64,000 bases of DNA from positions 327,472-391,471 of the forward strand of contig JANQRZ010000006.1 of assembly GCA_028284265.1 (NCBI GenBank), in the 5' to 3' direction. Shown one piece after another: positions 28,162 to 37,981 of this stretch. The notes below the pieces were generated by a model. The model had not been told where the DNA came from. It made no database searches and saw only the letters and a program-made list of their open reading frames with translations. Source of the stretch: Rhodothermales bacterium (lineage in GTDB: Bacteria; Bacteroidota; Rhodothermia; Rhodothermales; JANQRZ01). The position numbers and the translations under genes were made by a program. How positions within the stretch are numbered: position 1 is the first letter of the stretch; every line of letters starts with the position of its first letter.

Positions 28162-29055
28162 TTACTTGGACGGAGCGACCTCAGACAGATATACCGTCGC
28201 TTCTTGTGTTGCGCCTGCTTGGTAGGTGCCGACCCAGATATTGTAGTTGCCAGCCATCGGCTGGCCGAGCTGGATCATGGGGTGGTTGCCGGTGGCGTCG
28301 TCGCTGCACACCCACGAGCCGTCTGGGAGGTTAACGAGCAGCGTGGTGTCGGATGAGGCGCGGACGTAGATAAAGAGCGGGTATGCCCCCGGCGTAAAGT
28401 TGAGGTCGAGGTCGGGACGCTCCATGTTGATGTAGCCTGTGCAGCCGCTGCCGCTGATCGGGTTGCGGCTGCTGCCGCCCGCCTGGATGGTCCGAACCTG
28501 CGGGTCCGGCTGGAAGCCCGACGACAGATTCAGCGTCCCATAGAGCGGCTCGGCTCCGACGTCCGGGACGGACGAAGAGACGGAACTACTAGACCCGGCT
28601 TCGGAGATCGAGACGGTGGCGCTTGTCTGGGCATTGGCGTTGTAGGTCGTGACCCAGATGTTGTAGTTGCCGCTCTGCGGGTTGGCGAGGCTGATGAGTG
28701 GGTTATTGCCGTCGCCGCTGTCGTCGTCGCAGATCCACGACCCGTCGGGCTGGTTGATGAGCAGCGCCGTGTCGGTGGAGGAGTTCACCGAGAACCGCAG
28801 CGGGTAGCTGCCTGCCGTGTAGTTGAGGTCGAGGTCGGGGCGCTCGATGTTGAGATAGCCGACGCAGCCCGCCCCACTGATCGGGTTCTGGCTAGTGCCG
28901 CCCGCCACAACTTCGCTTCGGTGCGGATCAGGCTGGAAGCCCGCGCTGAGGGTGATCGTCCCGTAGAGCGGCTGGGCGCTGATGTCAGGCTGCTGGGCCA
29001 GCGCCAGCGGCGTGAGGGCGATGAGGAGGGCGAGAGGCAGGGTTCGAGCGAGCAT
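28162..29055 (-). CDS. Secreted protein made of two tandem ~135-aa Cys-containing domains
   Basis: Signal peptide ...PLALAQ. Two copies of PLYGT..LS.GFQPDP...AGG...NPISG.GC.GY...ERPDLDLN...PDGSW.C.DD...GNYNIWV.TY....T.ATV..SE. Confidence 0.6.
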   Translation of the reverse strand: MLARTLPLALLIALTPLALAQQPDISAQPLYGTITLSAGFQPDPHRSEVVAGGTSQNPISGAGCVGYLNIERPDLDLNYTAGSYPLRFSVNSSTDTALLINQPDGSWICDDDSGDGNNPLISLANPQSGNYNIWVTTYNANAQTSATVSISEAGSSSSVSSSVPDVGAEPLYGTLNLSSGFQPDPQVRTIQAGGSSRNPISGSGCTGYINMERPDLDLNFTPGAYPLFIYVRASSDTTLLVNLPDGSWVCSDDATGNHPMIQLGQPMAGNYNIWVGTYQAGATQEATVYLSEVAPSK

Positions 29056-29200
29056 GGAGACGGCAGCAGGCTGGGTGAGGGAGTGTGATACCCCCAATAT
29101 CAACCATGCAGACCTTTGATTTAAACGAGAAAGCCGCCCGATGCACAGGCACCGGACGGCGACACATAGGTCCTGACCTATGCAAAATGGAAAAGAGCGT

Positions 29201-30172
29201 CTAGGCAGTCACCTCTTCTGACTCCGCCGCGGCATGGGTTCCGTTCTTCGACACCGAGCTTTTCGGCTCCACGAACGTCAGCCACTCGTCGTGCCCGGCG
29301 CGGCCTTCGACAGCGTCAAGGTAGGCTGCTTGCAGTTCGGCGGTGATCGGTCCGCGTCGGCCCTTGCCGACGGTGATGTGATCGACCGAGCGGACAGGCG
29401 TGACCTCGGCAGCGGTGCCGGTGAAGAACAGTTCATCGGCGATGTAGAGCGCCTCGCGGGGGATCAGCTTCTCCTCGATCTCGTAGCCCCGCTCTCGCGC
29501 CAGCGCAATGATCGTGTCGCGCGTGATGCCGGGGAGCACCGAGAGGCCGGTCGGTGGCGTGTAGAGTTTGCCGCCCTTGACGATGAACAGGTTCTCGCCG
29601 GAGCCTTCGGAGAGTAGGCCGTCGATGCTCAAGGCGATGCCTTCGGTGAAGCCGTTCTTGATGGCCTCCATCTTGATGAGCGCGGCGTTGAGGTAGTTCG
29701 CCCCGGCCTTCGAGAGCGACGGCGTCGTGTTCGGCGCGTTGCGGTTCCATGAGGAGACTTGCACATCCACACCCTGTTCGAGCGCTTCGGGACCGAGGTA
29801 CTTGCCCCACTCCCACACGGCGATGACCGTCTCGACCGGGTTCTTCAGTGGGTTGACCCCCATCGGGCCATGTCCCCGGAACACAATCGGGCGGAGGTAG
29901 CAGGCCTCTAGCTCACTCTCTGCGACCGTCTCGACGCAGGCCTCGCACAACGCGTCGAGCGAGTACGGAATTTCCATCCGGTGAATCTTGGCCGAGTCGA
30001 TGAGCCGCTGCATGTGCTCTTCGAGGCGGAAGATGGCCGGGCCTCGGTCGGTCTGGTAACAGCGTATCCCCTCGAACACGGACGAGCCGTAGTGGACGAC
30101 GTGGGAGAGGACGTGGATGGTGGCGTCCTCGAAGGGGACCAGTTTGCCGTTGAACCAGATCTTGTATTGCAT
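29201..30172 (-). CDS. ilvE: Branched-chain amino acid aminotransferase
   Basis: MQYKIWFNGKLVPFEDATIHVLSHVVHYGSSVFEGIRCY and the fold-type IV PLP pattern (SKAGANY, GITRD). Confidence 0.9.
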   Translation of the reverse strand: MQYKIWFNGKLVPFEDATIHVLSHVVHYGSSVFEGIRCYQTDRGPAIFRLEEHMQRLIDSAKIHRMEIPYSLDALCEACVETVAESELEACYLRPIVFRGHGPMGVNPLKNPVETVIAVWEWGKYLGPEALEQGVDVQVSSWNRNAPNTTPSLSKAGANYLNAALIKMEAIKNGFTEGIALSIDGLLSEGSGENLFIVKGGKLYTPPTGLSVLPGITRDTIIALARERGYEIEEKLIPREALYIADELFFTGTAAEVTPVRSVDHITVGKGRRGPITAELQAAYLDAVEGRAGHDEWLTFVEPKSSVSKNGTHAAAESEEVTA

Positions 30173-30257
30173 GAGTGCCGGGTCGGGTGAAGATGAATGT
30201 GCGGGTCAAAAGACGAACCCGGAAGATACTGAATCGCGCAGCCGCTCTTAAAGTTTC

Positions 30258-30295
30258 GGAAGCGCTTCCAGTAAGCTTTAATGATGCATTAAAGC
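30258..30295. promoter_or_regulatory. Two perfect palindromes in the AT-richer ilvE upstream region
   Basis: GGAAGCGCTTCC (30258-30269) and GCTTTAATG-ATG-CATTAAAGC (30275-30295). Confidence 0.3.
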
Positions 30296-30309
30296 GGTTT
30301 GTTAAGAAC

Positions 30310-31017
30310 CTACCGCTCGCCGCGAAGCACCGGAGCCGGGGCGACCGCGTAGCGGGCAATCGTCCACAGGATTTTGGCCGACGCCTTCGCGGTGCCGGTG
30401 AGCGTGCCAGTGATCTTCGAGACGCCGATCCGCTTGCGATACGACACCGGTACCTCTGCGCATCGCAGCCCCGCTCGGACGGCTTTGATCTGCATCTCGA
30501 CGGTCCAGCCGTAGGTCGTGTCTTCCATCCCGAGAGCCAAGAGGTCGGCGAAGCGGATCGCCCGGAAGGGGCCGAGGTCGGTGAAGCGCGCGCCCCAGAA
30601 CCAGCGCATGAGCGTGCAGGCGATCCGGTTGCCGACCAGCGCCTGCGGCAGCATCGCTCCCGGCTCGCGCTCGCCCGTCATCCGGGAGCCGACCACGAAG
30701 TCGGCCTCGCCGCGCCGGATCGGGTCGAGGAGGCGGTCCATCTCGTCCGGGTGGTCGGAGTAGTCGCCGTCGAGGAAGACGACCACGTCGGGCTGTCGGG
30801 TCTCGGCGTAGGCGATCCCACACAGACAGGCCGAGCCATAGCCCCGCCGCTCTTCGCGCAGCACCGTTGCTCCGGCGGCGCGGGCATTGTCCTCCGTCTC
30901 ATCCGTCGAAGCGTTGTTGACGACCACGACCTCGTCGATGGCGTCGGGGATGTCGCCGATGACGTGGCCGATGGAGCGGGCCTCGTTGAAGGCCGGGATG
31001 ATGACGAGAACCTGCAC
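30310..31017 (-). CDS. Family 2 glycosyltransferase (polyprenol-phosphate sugar transferase-like)
   Basis: GTG start. VLVIIPAFNEARSIGHVI and FLDGDYSD (a DxD motif). Confidence 0.85.
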   Translation of the reverse strand: MQVLVIIPAFNEARSIGHVIGDIPDAIDEVVVVNNASTDETEDNARAAGATVLREERRGYGSACLCGIAYAETRQPDVVVFLDGDYSDHPDEMDRLLDPIRRGEADFVVGSRMTGEREPGAMLPQALVGNRIACTLMRWFWGARFTDLGPFRAIRFADLLALGMEDTTYGWTVEMQIKAVRAGLRCAEVPVSYRKRIGVSKITGTLTGTAKASAKILWTIARYAVAPAPVLRGER

Positions 31018-31090
31018 GGGTGACGAGGTACGAGTGACAAGGAAGAGTGGAAACTATCGAACAGCGTCCGGCTTGTCCATCACGCGGTGG

Positions 31091-31954
31091 TCACTCTGCA
31101 CCTTGGGCGTCTACGAGTCCGAGCGTCTCTACGAACTCGGGCGCGAGCCGCCAGCCGCTCATGAACCGCGCCGCCACGCCGATCTGTCCGGGGCCGCCGA
31201 TCACAGGTGTCGGGCGTTCGTTGGTGAGGTCATAGCCCATTTCCAGATCGAGCAGTTCGACCTCGGTGTTCTCCTCGAAGCTCGACAGGATGACGCCGAC
31301 ATCGCCGGAGAGGTTGACGATGAGGCCAAACCCCGTCTCGCTGGGCACCGGCTGCTCGTCGTAGGCCACCTCGAAGCGGACGGGTTCTTCGGTGTCGACC
31401 GGGCGCACGGTGTATGTCACCGCGAGGGCGCTCGGCGGCCCCATACTTTCGATGGTCAAAAGTTGCGACACGAGCGTGTTGAAGACATCGGGTTTCTCCG
31501 GGCGCAGCGTCGGCTCGGCGGGCAGCCGCACCTCGGCGGTGGTGGTTGCGCCGTCAGCGGGTCGCGTGGCTTCGATCCGGTAGACCCGTCCCACGAAGGG
31601 TTGGAAGTCGGCGAGGAAGACCGTGCCGGGCACGCCTTCATCGAGTTGCACGAGCGAGTCCCGCCAAACGATCGTTTCGCTCGTGGCGAGGTCGGTTGAG
31701 GTTACGCGGGCATCCACGGTACCTGCGTCGCCAGCCCGCTCGGTGATGGGCTGCACGCGCATGAACTGTGTGCCCTGCCGCGCATCGAGCAATCCGTAGA
31801 GCGCAAACGTCTGGTCCGACTCCACGAATGGGTCGAACCTATCGCTGCACCCGGTGGCGACAGAGAAGAGAAGAAGGAAAAGAAAGAGAGGCGAGCGGTT
31901 GCCTCCCATTCTATCTCTTCCGTCTTTTCTATCTACGCTCTCTTTGCTCATCAC
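31091..31954 (-). CDS. DUF4249-like lipoprotein downstream of the TonB receptor
   Basis: Lipobox SVATGC, followed by FALYGLLDARQGTQFMRVQPI. The start is uncertain (31954, 31951 or 31909). Confidence 0.5.
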   Translation of the reverse strand: MMSKESVDRKDGRDRMGGNRSPLFLFLLLFSVATGCSDRFDPFVESDQTFALYGLLDARQGTQFMRVQPITERAGDAGTVDARVTSTDLATSETIVWRDSLVQLDEGVPGTVFLADFQPFVGRVYRIEATRPADGATTTAEVRLPAEPTLRPEKPDVFNTLVSQLLTIESMGPPSALAVTYTVRPVDTEEPVRFEVAYDEQPVPSETGFGLIVNLSGDVGVILSSFEENTEVELLDLEMGYDLTNERPTPVIGGPGQIGVAARFMSGWRLAPEFVETLGLVDAQGAE

Positions 31955-34143
31955 TCAAAGGCGACGCGGAGGCCGAGCGAGGGGATCAGCGGGAACTGGT
32001 CGATCCGGTCGGCGCGGAGGGCGTCGTAGTAGAAGAAGTTGGCGCGGTCGGTGGTGTTGATGACGCTGGCTTGGAGCGTGAGGACGGCGAGGCCGAGGTC
32101 GAAGTCGCGCTCGGCGGACACGTCGAGGCGGTAGTAGGCCGGGGTCAGCCCGCGAAATGGCGTGGTCTCCGGGATGGCGGTCGGGGTGCCCTCGGCAGTC
32201 AGGAAGTCGCTGCCCGCGTCGGGTGGGCCGAGGTCGTCGAAGACGCCGATGAGCCGAGTGAACGGTCGGCCTGAGGCGAGTTGCCAGCGCGTTGCCAGCC
32301 GCCACGGGCCGCGCCGGAACTCGCCGACGAGGTTGAGCCGGTGGCGGCGGTCGTGCGGCGGGCGGTACTCTTCGCGGGCGTTACGGTAGGTCGATGCCGA
32401 GTAGCCGTAGGTCGCGAGGAGGTTGAACGGGGCGCGTCGCCACGAGGCGCGGACGTCAAGGCCAAATACCTCGCCGTTGGAGCGGACGAGGCCGCGATCC
32501 GCCAGCAGGACCTGCATCGCATCGAGTTGCTTGGCGTAGCCCTCCACGCCGAGCGCGAAACTGGAGGTGGGCCGCACCTCGGCTCCGAGGATTGCGTGGA
32601 GCGCGCGCGGTGTCGGCTCGTTCTGGGGGATCGACGCCCACGCGGTGAACACGTCTCCGATGTCGCGCTCGTCGTTCAGCCCGATGATCTCCTGCCGGTA
32701 CAGGCCGAACGCACTACTGAGCGTCAGCTTTGGCGAGGCTGTCCACGAAGCCCGGAGTCGGGGTTCGAGCGAGATATCGCGCTGCTGGGCCGGGAACGTC
32801 TGGAGCCGGAGGCCCGGCTCGACGCGGACTCCGCGCCCGAGGTCGAAGTCGGCTTCGACGAAAAAGGTGCCCTCGGTCGTGCGCTCGCGTCGCACGGGGC
32901 CTCGGCGGTTGAAGGTGTAATCGAACTGGAGCGTCTGCCCGCCGAAGCCGAGGCGAACATCGGCGCGCTCCAAGAAATAGGCGAGGGCGAACTGCCCGCC
33001 GAAGCTCTTGACGTCGGCGTCGCGCGCCGGGGCACGGTCCGGCGCGAACGACGAGCGGTAGGCTGCATAGTTGACCGTCACGTCGAGCGCCGCCGCGAGC
33101 GAAGTCGGGAGGTAGAAGAAGCGCCCCCCGAGGGCCTCGTTGGTCCAGTCGATCCGGGTCTGGTCTTCGAGGCCGCTGATCGTGCCCGCGTCCGTCGTTC
33201 GCAGGCCGGTGAGGCTGACGAACGACGCCGGGCCGGTGAAGAAGTGCAGCTTCCCGAACGCATCGCCGAAGCGGTACGGCAGCGCCTCACCGACGACCTG
33301 CTCGGCCACGCGCTCCACCACCGACTCGCGCACGCTGAGGACGAATGAGGCCTCGTCGGGGACAATCGGTCCCTCGACCCGCACCGAGGTCAGGAACGGC
33401 GCGAGCGAGGCCGATCCGCCGAAACGCTGCTTGCTTCCGTTGCGCGTCTTCACGTCGATCACCGACGAGATGCGCCCGCCATAGCGCGCTCCGAAGCCAC
33501 CGGCGTAGATGTCAGCCTGCTGCACGATCTCGGCGGGGAAGGCCGAGTAAAACCCGACGATGTGGAACGGCTGAAACAGCCGCATGCCATCGATGAGCAC
33601 GAGGTTCTGGGTCGGCGTGCCGCCCCGGATGTAGAGCTGCCCGCCCCGGTCGCCAATCGTGGTGATGCCGGGCTGAACGGTGAGCACGCCCGCGAGGTCG
33701 CCGCTGAGGTCGGGCGACGGGATCACGGCGAGGTCGGCGGGGCGAAGCTGGACGAGGCCCGCCGGGGACGAGGTCGCCGCCGTCCGTTCGGTCTCGACGG
33801 TGACGGTCTCCATCGCGGTCTCGGACGGCGCGAGGGCGATATCGAGCATTACCCGGTCGCCGAACGCGAGGTCGAGGGTGTCGGCGTAGGCGTCATAGCC
33901 GAGGAAGGTCGCCGTCACGGCATAGCGCCCCGGCAGGAGGCCGCCGAAGGCGAAGCGCCCGTCGCCGTCCGTCGCCCGCCCGAACTGCTGCCCGTCCTCC
34001 CGATTCAGGATGACGTTGACGCCGACCAACTCCTGCCCGTCCTCGGCGTCGGTCACGGCCCCGGATAGCACGGCGCGCTGTGCCTGAGCCGGGAGGGCGA
34101 GGCACAGCGCGCAGAGGACAAGTGCGGGCAGGACGCGGAGCAT
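31951..34143 (-). CDS. TonB-dependent receptor with N-terminal carboxypeptidase-regulatory-like domain
   Basis: Signal peptide ...LPAQAQ. A CarbopepD_reg-like segment (LSGAVTDAEDGQELVGVNVIL), a plug (GGQLYIRGG) and a large barrel. Confidence 0.85.
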   Translation of the reverse strand: MLRVLPALVLCALCLALPAQAQRAVLSGAVTDAEDGQELVGVNVILNREDGQQFGRATDGDGRFAFGGLLPGRYAVTATFLGYDAYADTLDLAFGDRVMLDIALAPSETAMETVTVETERTAATSSPAGLVQLRPADLAVIPSPDLSGDLAGVLTVQPGITTIGDRGGQLYIRGGTPTQNLVLIDGMRLFQPFHIVGFYSAFPAEIVQQADIYAGGFGARYGGRISSVIDVKTRNGSKQRFGGSASLAPFLTSVRVEGPIVPDEASFVLSVRESVVERVAEQVVGEALPYRFGDAFGKLHFFTGPASFVSLTGLRTTDAGTISGLEDQTRIDWTNEALGGRFFYLPTSLAAALDVTVNYAAYRSSFAPDRAPARDADVKSFGGQFALAYFLERADVRLGFGGQTLQFDYTFNRRGPVRRERTTEGTFFVEADFDLGRGVRVEPGLRLQTFPAQQRDISLEPRLRASWTASPKLTLSSAFGLYRQEIIGLNDERDIGDVFTAWASIPQNEPTPRALHAILGAEVRPTSSFALGVEGYAKQLDAMQVLLADRGLVRSNGEVFGLDVRASWRRAPFNLLATYGYSASTYRNAREEYRPPHDRRHRLNLVGEFRRGPWRLATRWQLASGRPFTRLIGVFDDLGPPDAGSDFLTAEGTPTAIPETTPFRGLTPAYYRLDVSAERDFDLGLAVLTLQASVINTTDRANFFYYDALRADRIDQFPLIPSLGLRVAFE

Positions 34144-34221
34144 TAGGCAGGCTAGGGAAAAGAGCCTGCAAGATAGCACGGCCCTTTCCCGGTGGCGAGG
34201 GGCACTCCCGCGTGCCCTGCG

Positions 34222-35226
34222 CTACCTCTTCCGCTTCGCTGCCTTCACTTCGACGGCCGCCTCAGCCACTCCGGCGGAGTCGCCGCCGACCGAGCCGTAG
34301 CGCGATTGCATCCGGTCGAGCAGGCCTTCGATGTGTTCGGGGCGGAGGGCGTCGAGGTCGGGCGCGCCGCAGTAGTGCTTCGCGGCAATCGTGAGTTTGG
34401 CGCGGTCGATCCCGTAGCCTGCGGCGGTAGCGATGAGGTCGTCCACGGTCGGGCCGACCGGGATGACTTCTTCGGCGACCTCGATGTGCTCCGGCTCGCT
34501 GGCGGTCGGGGCCGGGCCATCGCCGACGAGGTCGAGGAAGTCTTTGAACACCGGGTTCGTGAGTTCGAGGCCGACGGGCAGGCCGGGGACGTTGCTCTTG
34601 ACGACCGTCGCCACGCGGACCGTCTCGAACCCATCGACGCGGACCGATAGCTCGACCATCACGTCGACGAAGTATTCCAGCCCGCCGGTCGTGAGCGGGA
34701 GGACGCGGCCTAGCTGGTTCTCTTCTTGGTCCTCCTTGCCTTTCGCGGCGATCTGGTCCGTGATGACGACGCACGCGCCGGAGTCGACGCAGAGGCGGCG
34801 GAGGACTTCCTGAAGGACGAGTTGGTCGGCCTGCAACTCCTCGGCAGAGGGCTGGGTCGTCGGGTTGCCGGTGCGGGCGCGGACGGCCTGGATCGTCTGG
34901 CGGTGCTTGCGCCCGAAGTACATCGCCCAACTGTCGAGCGCGTAGCAGCCGTAGCCCTGCTCGCGGCCCTCGCCGTCGAGCGCCCAGTCGATGAACTCGG
35001 GCAGTTCGTCCGGGTGACGGATTTCGAGGGCGTCGAAGGTGGAGCCGTCGGCACCGGGGAGGAGGCGGCCCTTGCGCTCGGTATCGAAGAAGCAGAGGCG
35101 GCCGAGGTCGGCGTCGGCGAGGGAGGCGGCGAAAACGCTCTTGCCCGCGCCCGCCGCGCCGCGCACGGCCATGACGAGGCGGCGCTGCTGGGGGCGTCGG
35201 CTGAGGGGGTTGATGCGCGTGGTCAT
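34222..35226 (-). CDS. RecA-fold P-loop ATPase resembling phage AAA_24 / Sak4-type proteins, with C-terminal extension
   Basis: Walker A AVRGAAGAGKS followed by CFFDTERKG. YGCYALDSWAMY. Walker B-like ACVVITDQ. No other phage genes are nearby. Confidence 0.5.
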   Translation of the reverse strand: MTTRINPLSRRPQQRRLVMAVRGAAGAGKSVFAASLADADLGRLCFFDTERKGRLLPGADGSTFDALEIRHPDELPEFIDWALDGEGREQGYGCYALDSWAMYFGRKHRQTIQAVRARTGNPTTQPSAEELQADQLVLQEVLRRLCVDSGACVVITDQIAAKGKEDQEENQLGRVLPLTTGGLEYFVDVMVELSVRVDGFETVRVATVVKSNVPGLPVGLELTNPVFKDFLDLVGDGPAPTASEPEHIEVAEEVIPVGPTVDDLIATAAGYGIDRAKLTIAAKHYCGAPDLDALRPEHIEGLLDRMQSRYGSVGGDSAGVAEAAVEVKAAKRKR

Positions 35227-35358
35227 GGAGGTAGAGGCTGGTGTGGGGTGCTGGAACGAAGCGGGTACACGGCCCGCGTCATGAGTCTACCAACCGTCGG
35301 TGACAACTTTGTGTCACATCACTTCTTCCCCCGAAAGTGCTTGCATGAAGCGAGCGCG

Positions 35359-35826
35359 TCAGGAGGACGGCTGCTCTTCGAGCGGAAGGGCAGTCGAGAA
35401 CGTCACCCGGCTCCAGACGACGTGCGTGTCGGAGCGGCGAATGGCCGGATTGGACATGAGGACGCGCTTCGTCCATGCCTCGTAGCTCGGCAAGTCGGGA
35501 GCGTGGACCACGAGCACGAAGTCGATATCGCCAGAAACGGCGTAGCACTGGGACACCTCGGGGGCAGCGCGCATCTGTGCCCGAAAGGCATCGTCGGCCT
35601 CGACACTCTCGTCCCCGAATGTGACCATTACGATGGCTTGAATGCCTGTCGTGTCCGGGGCGAGGATCGACACATCGGCTTCGATGATGCCGCGTGCCCG
35701 GAGCGCCTTCAGGCGACGCCGCACCGACGAAGCGGAGAGGCCGACGGTCGCGCCGATCTGCGCGTGTGTCTGCTGGTTGTTCTCCTGAACGATTCGCAGG
35801 ATGGATTTATCGAGTGGATCGAGCAT
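35359..35826 (-). CDS. Lrp/AsnC-family transcriptional regulator
   Basis: MLDPLDKSILRIVQENNQQTHAQIGATVGLSASSVRRRLKALRARGII. Confidence 0.9.
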   Translation of the reverse strand: MLDPLDKSILRIVQENNQQTHAQIGATVGLSASSVRRRLKALRARGIIEADVSILAPDTTGIQAIVMVTFGDESVEADDAFRAQMRAAPEVSQCYAVSGDIDFVLVVHAPDLPSYEAWTKRVLMSNPAIRRSDTHVVWSRVTFSTALPLEEQPSS

Positions 35827-35961
35827 GGGGGTGACGTTTTATGCCTCAAAACATACGGTGCATGACGTATTTCGTCAAATACGCGGCGTAAATCGCAACA
35901 ACTCGTCGTTAGGCCTTACGTAGTCATAGCCTCACTACGCTCCTTTTGCCTCCGACTCTCC

Positions 35962-37359
35962 ATGTATCTCGTCTTCGCAACTCTCCTGTTCATCCTCTCG
36001 ATTTCCGGCCTCCAGGCTCAGCATTGGCAGTCGGCACAGACCGACACCGGCTTTGTTGCCCCGCTTCACGGTGTCTGGGAATCGCGTGGCTATGGCTGGG
36101 TGCTCGATGTCCGCCCGGACCGCTTCGTAGTCTACAACGTGAGTCCGGCGGGCTGCCTCCGCGACGATGAGAGCGCCGAGTATCTCGTCGAATCGTTTCG
36201 GCTATTCGAACGCAAAGGGGAGACGCTGTGGCTCACCTTCCGGCCCGAGAATTCGACGCAGTACACCTTCGACCGGCTTGCTGCGCTCCCAGCTTCCTGT
36301 GCGTCTCCTCCCGCTGCCACACCTCGATCCGTCTTCGACTATACTTGGGGTGTGATGGATGCGCACTATGCTTTCTTCGATCTCTACGATGTCGATTGGG
36401 ATGAACGCTATGCCGAGATCGCGCCGCGTATCACCGACGATGCGACAGAGGCCGAACTGCGCGATGCACTGCTCGACTTGCTCGACGGCTTGAAGGATGG
36501 GCATCTGAGCCTGACCTATGAGATTGACGGTGAGCGGGACCGCGAGATGGGCAAGCTCCCCGAGGTGCTCAATGGAGCCATTGAAACGGCCTTCGCCGAG
36601 CAGGAAGAGATCGAGTCGCGCGGGCAGTTCGCCTCGCGCTGGTTCTTTGGCAACCGCGAACGTATCCGAAGTGAGGTACTGGACAGCACGACGGTAGAGC
36701 GGGCGAGCGGCGGCAATGTATTCTGGGGTCGCAGCGGGCGTGTGGGTTACGTCAACATCGCCGGGATGGGGGGCTTCGCCGACGAGACGGAGGACGGCGA
36801 GGACGCACCGTTCGAAGAGGAGGTCGCAGCGGTCCATCGCGTCATGACGCAGGTGCTCACCGACCTCGCTGATACCGATGCGCTAATCGTGGACGTGGCG
36901 CTCAACCAGGGCGGCTACGACGAGATCAGCCTCGCCATTGCCTCGCACTTCGCCGCCGAGCCGACGCTCGGTCTCACGAAGTACGCCTACCGAGCCGAAA
37001 CCGACACCCGCCAGTCCTTCACGATGCGTCCGGCAGCGACGATCTACCACAAGCCGGTCTACCTCCTGACGAGCGACGTGACGGTGAGTGCTGCCGAAAC
37101 GTTCTCGATGCACATGCGTGCGCTGCCAAACGTCACCCACGTCGGCTCGACGACGCGAGGGGCGCTCTCGGACGTGCTCATGCGACCCCTGCCGAATGGA
37201 TGGCTGCTCACGCTTTCCAACGAGATCTATCTCGATGCTCAGGGCGAGCTTTGGGAAGGCCGCGGGATTCCGCCCGAGGAACCGATGCCCATATTCGAGG
37301 CCGGATTGGACGGGCACGTTCAAGCCATCGAACAGCTCATCATGCGGTTTGCCAAATAG
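35962..37359 (+). CDS. S41-family (tail-specific protease-like) peptidase
   Basis: Signal peptide, then VYLLTSDVTVSAAETFSMHMRALPNVTHVGSTTRGALSD (the Ser region of S41). Confidence 0.7.
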   Translation: MYLVFATLLFILSISGLQAQHWQSAQTDTGFVAPLHGVWESRGYGWVLDVRPDRFVVYNVSPAGCLRDDESAEYLVESFRLFERKGETLWLTFRPENSTQYTFDRLAALPASCASPPAATPRSVFDYTWGVMDAHYAFFDLYDVDWDERYAEIAPRITDDATEAELRDALLDLLDGLKDGHLSLTYEIDGERDREMGKLPEVLNGAIETAFAEQEEIESRGQFASRWFFGNRERIRSEVLDSTTVERASGGNVFWGRSGRVGYVNIAGMGGFADETEDGEDAPFEEEVAAVHRVMTQVLTDLADTDALIVDVALNQGGYDEISLAIASHFAAEPTLGLTKYAYRAETDTRQSFTMRPAATIYHKPVYLLTSDVTVSAAETFSMHMRALPNVTHVGSTTRGALSDVLMRPLPNGWLLTLSNEIYLDAQGELWEGRGIPPEEPMPIFEAGLDGHVQAIEQLIMRFAK

Positions 37360-37392
37360 CGAGGAGGAGCTTCGCCGCGGTACCTTTCGGCT

Positions 37393-37899
37393 ATGAGCCG
37401 AGCCTTTACCAAAGAGGACGCGGGTGGCGGCCCCGTCATGATCCCGCCCCGCCCTCCGCTCCCTCCGGGGGCGACGAACTACGTCACCGCTCGCGGTCTC
37501 GCTCTGCTCCACGCCGAGCGCGACGAGCTAGAGGCCGAGCGCACCACCATCGACACGATCACCGACGAAGACGAGCGCAAACGCGCCCTCGCCGTCAACA
37601 CGGGCCGCCTCGCCGACCTGAACGCTCGCATCACGACGGCCCGCGTGCTCGAACACGATCCGCTCCCCGACGAGGTCCGCTTCGGCGCTACCGTCACGCT
37701 CGCCACCGTGTCTGGCCAAGAGCGTCGCTTCACGATTGTCGGCGTGGACGAAGCGGCGACCGACCCGAGCCGCGTCGCCTTCTTCGCCCCGATTGCCCGC
37801 GCCGTCACAGGCCGCAAAGCAGGCGAGACGATTACGCTCAAGACCCCGCGCGGCGAGGAGGCGCTGACCGTTACTGCTCTCAACTACGAGGGAGACTAG
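37393..37899 (+). CDS. GreA/GreB-family elongation factor-like protein
   Basis: The N-terminal coiled region carries a conserved start (MSRAFTKED). The C-terminal FGATVTL...RFTIVGVDEA...IARAVTGRKAGE is a GreA/B C-terminal domain. Confidence 0.7.
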   Translation: MSRAFTKEDAGGGPVMIPPRPPLPPGATNYVTARGLALLHAERDELEAERTTIDTITDEDERKRALAVNTGRLADLNARITTARVLEHDPLPDEVRFGATVTLATVSGQERRFTIVGVDEAATDPSRVAFFAPIARAVTGRKAGETITLKTPRGEEALTVTALNYEGD

Positions 37900-37981
37900 G
37901 CAAAAAGATAGTCTTCCGGTCCGAGCTTCTCAGAGAGGCAGCGGGGGTGAATCCATCGATATCCGCGGGCGTATCATATCC

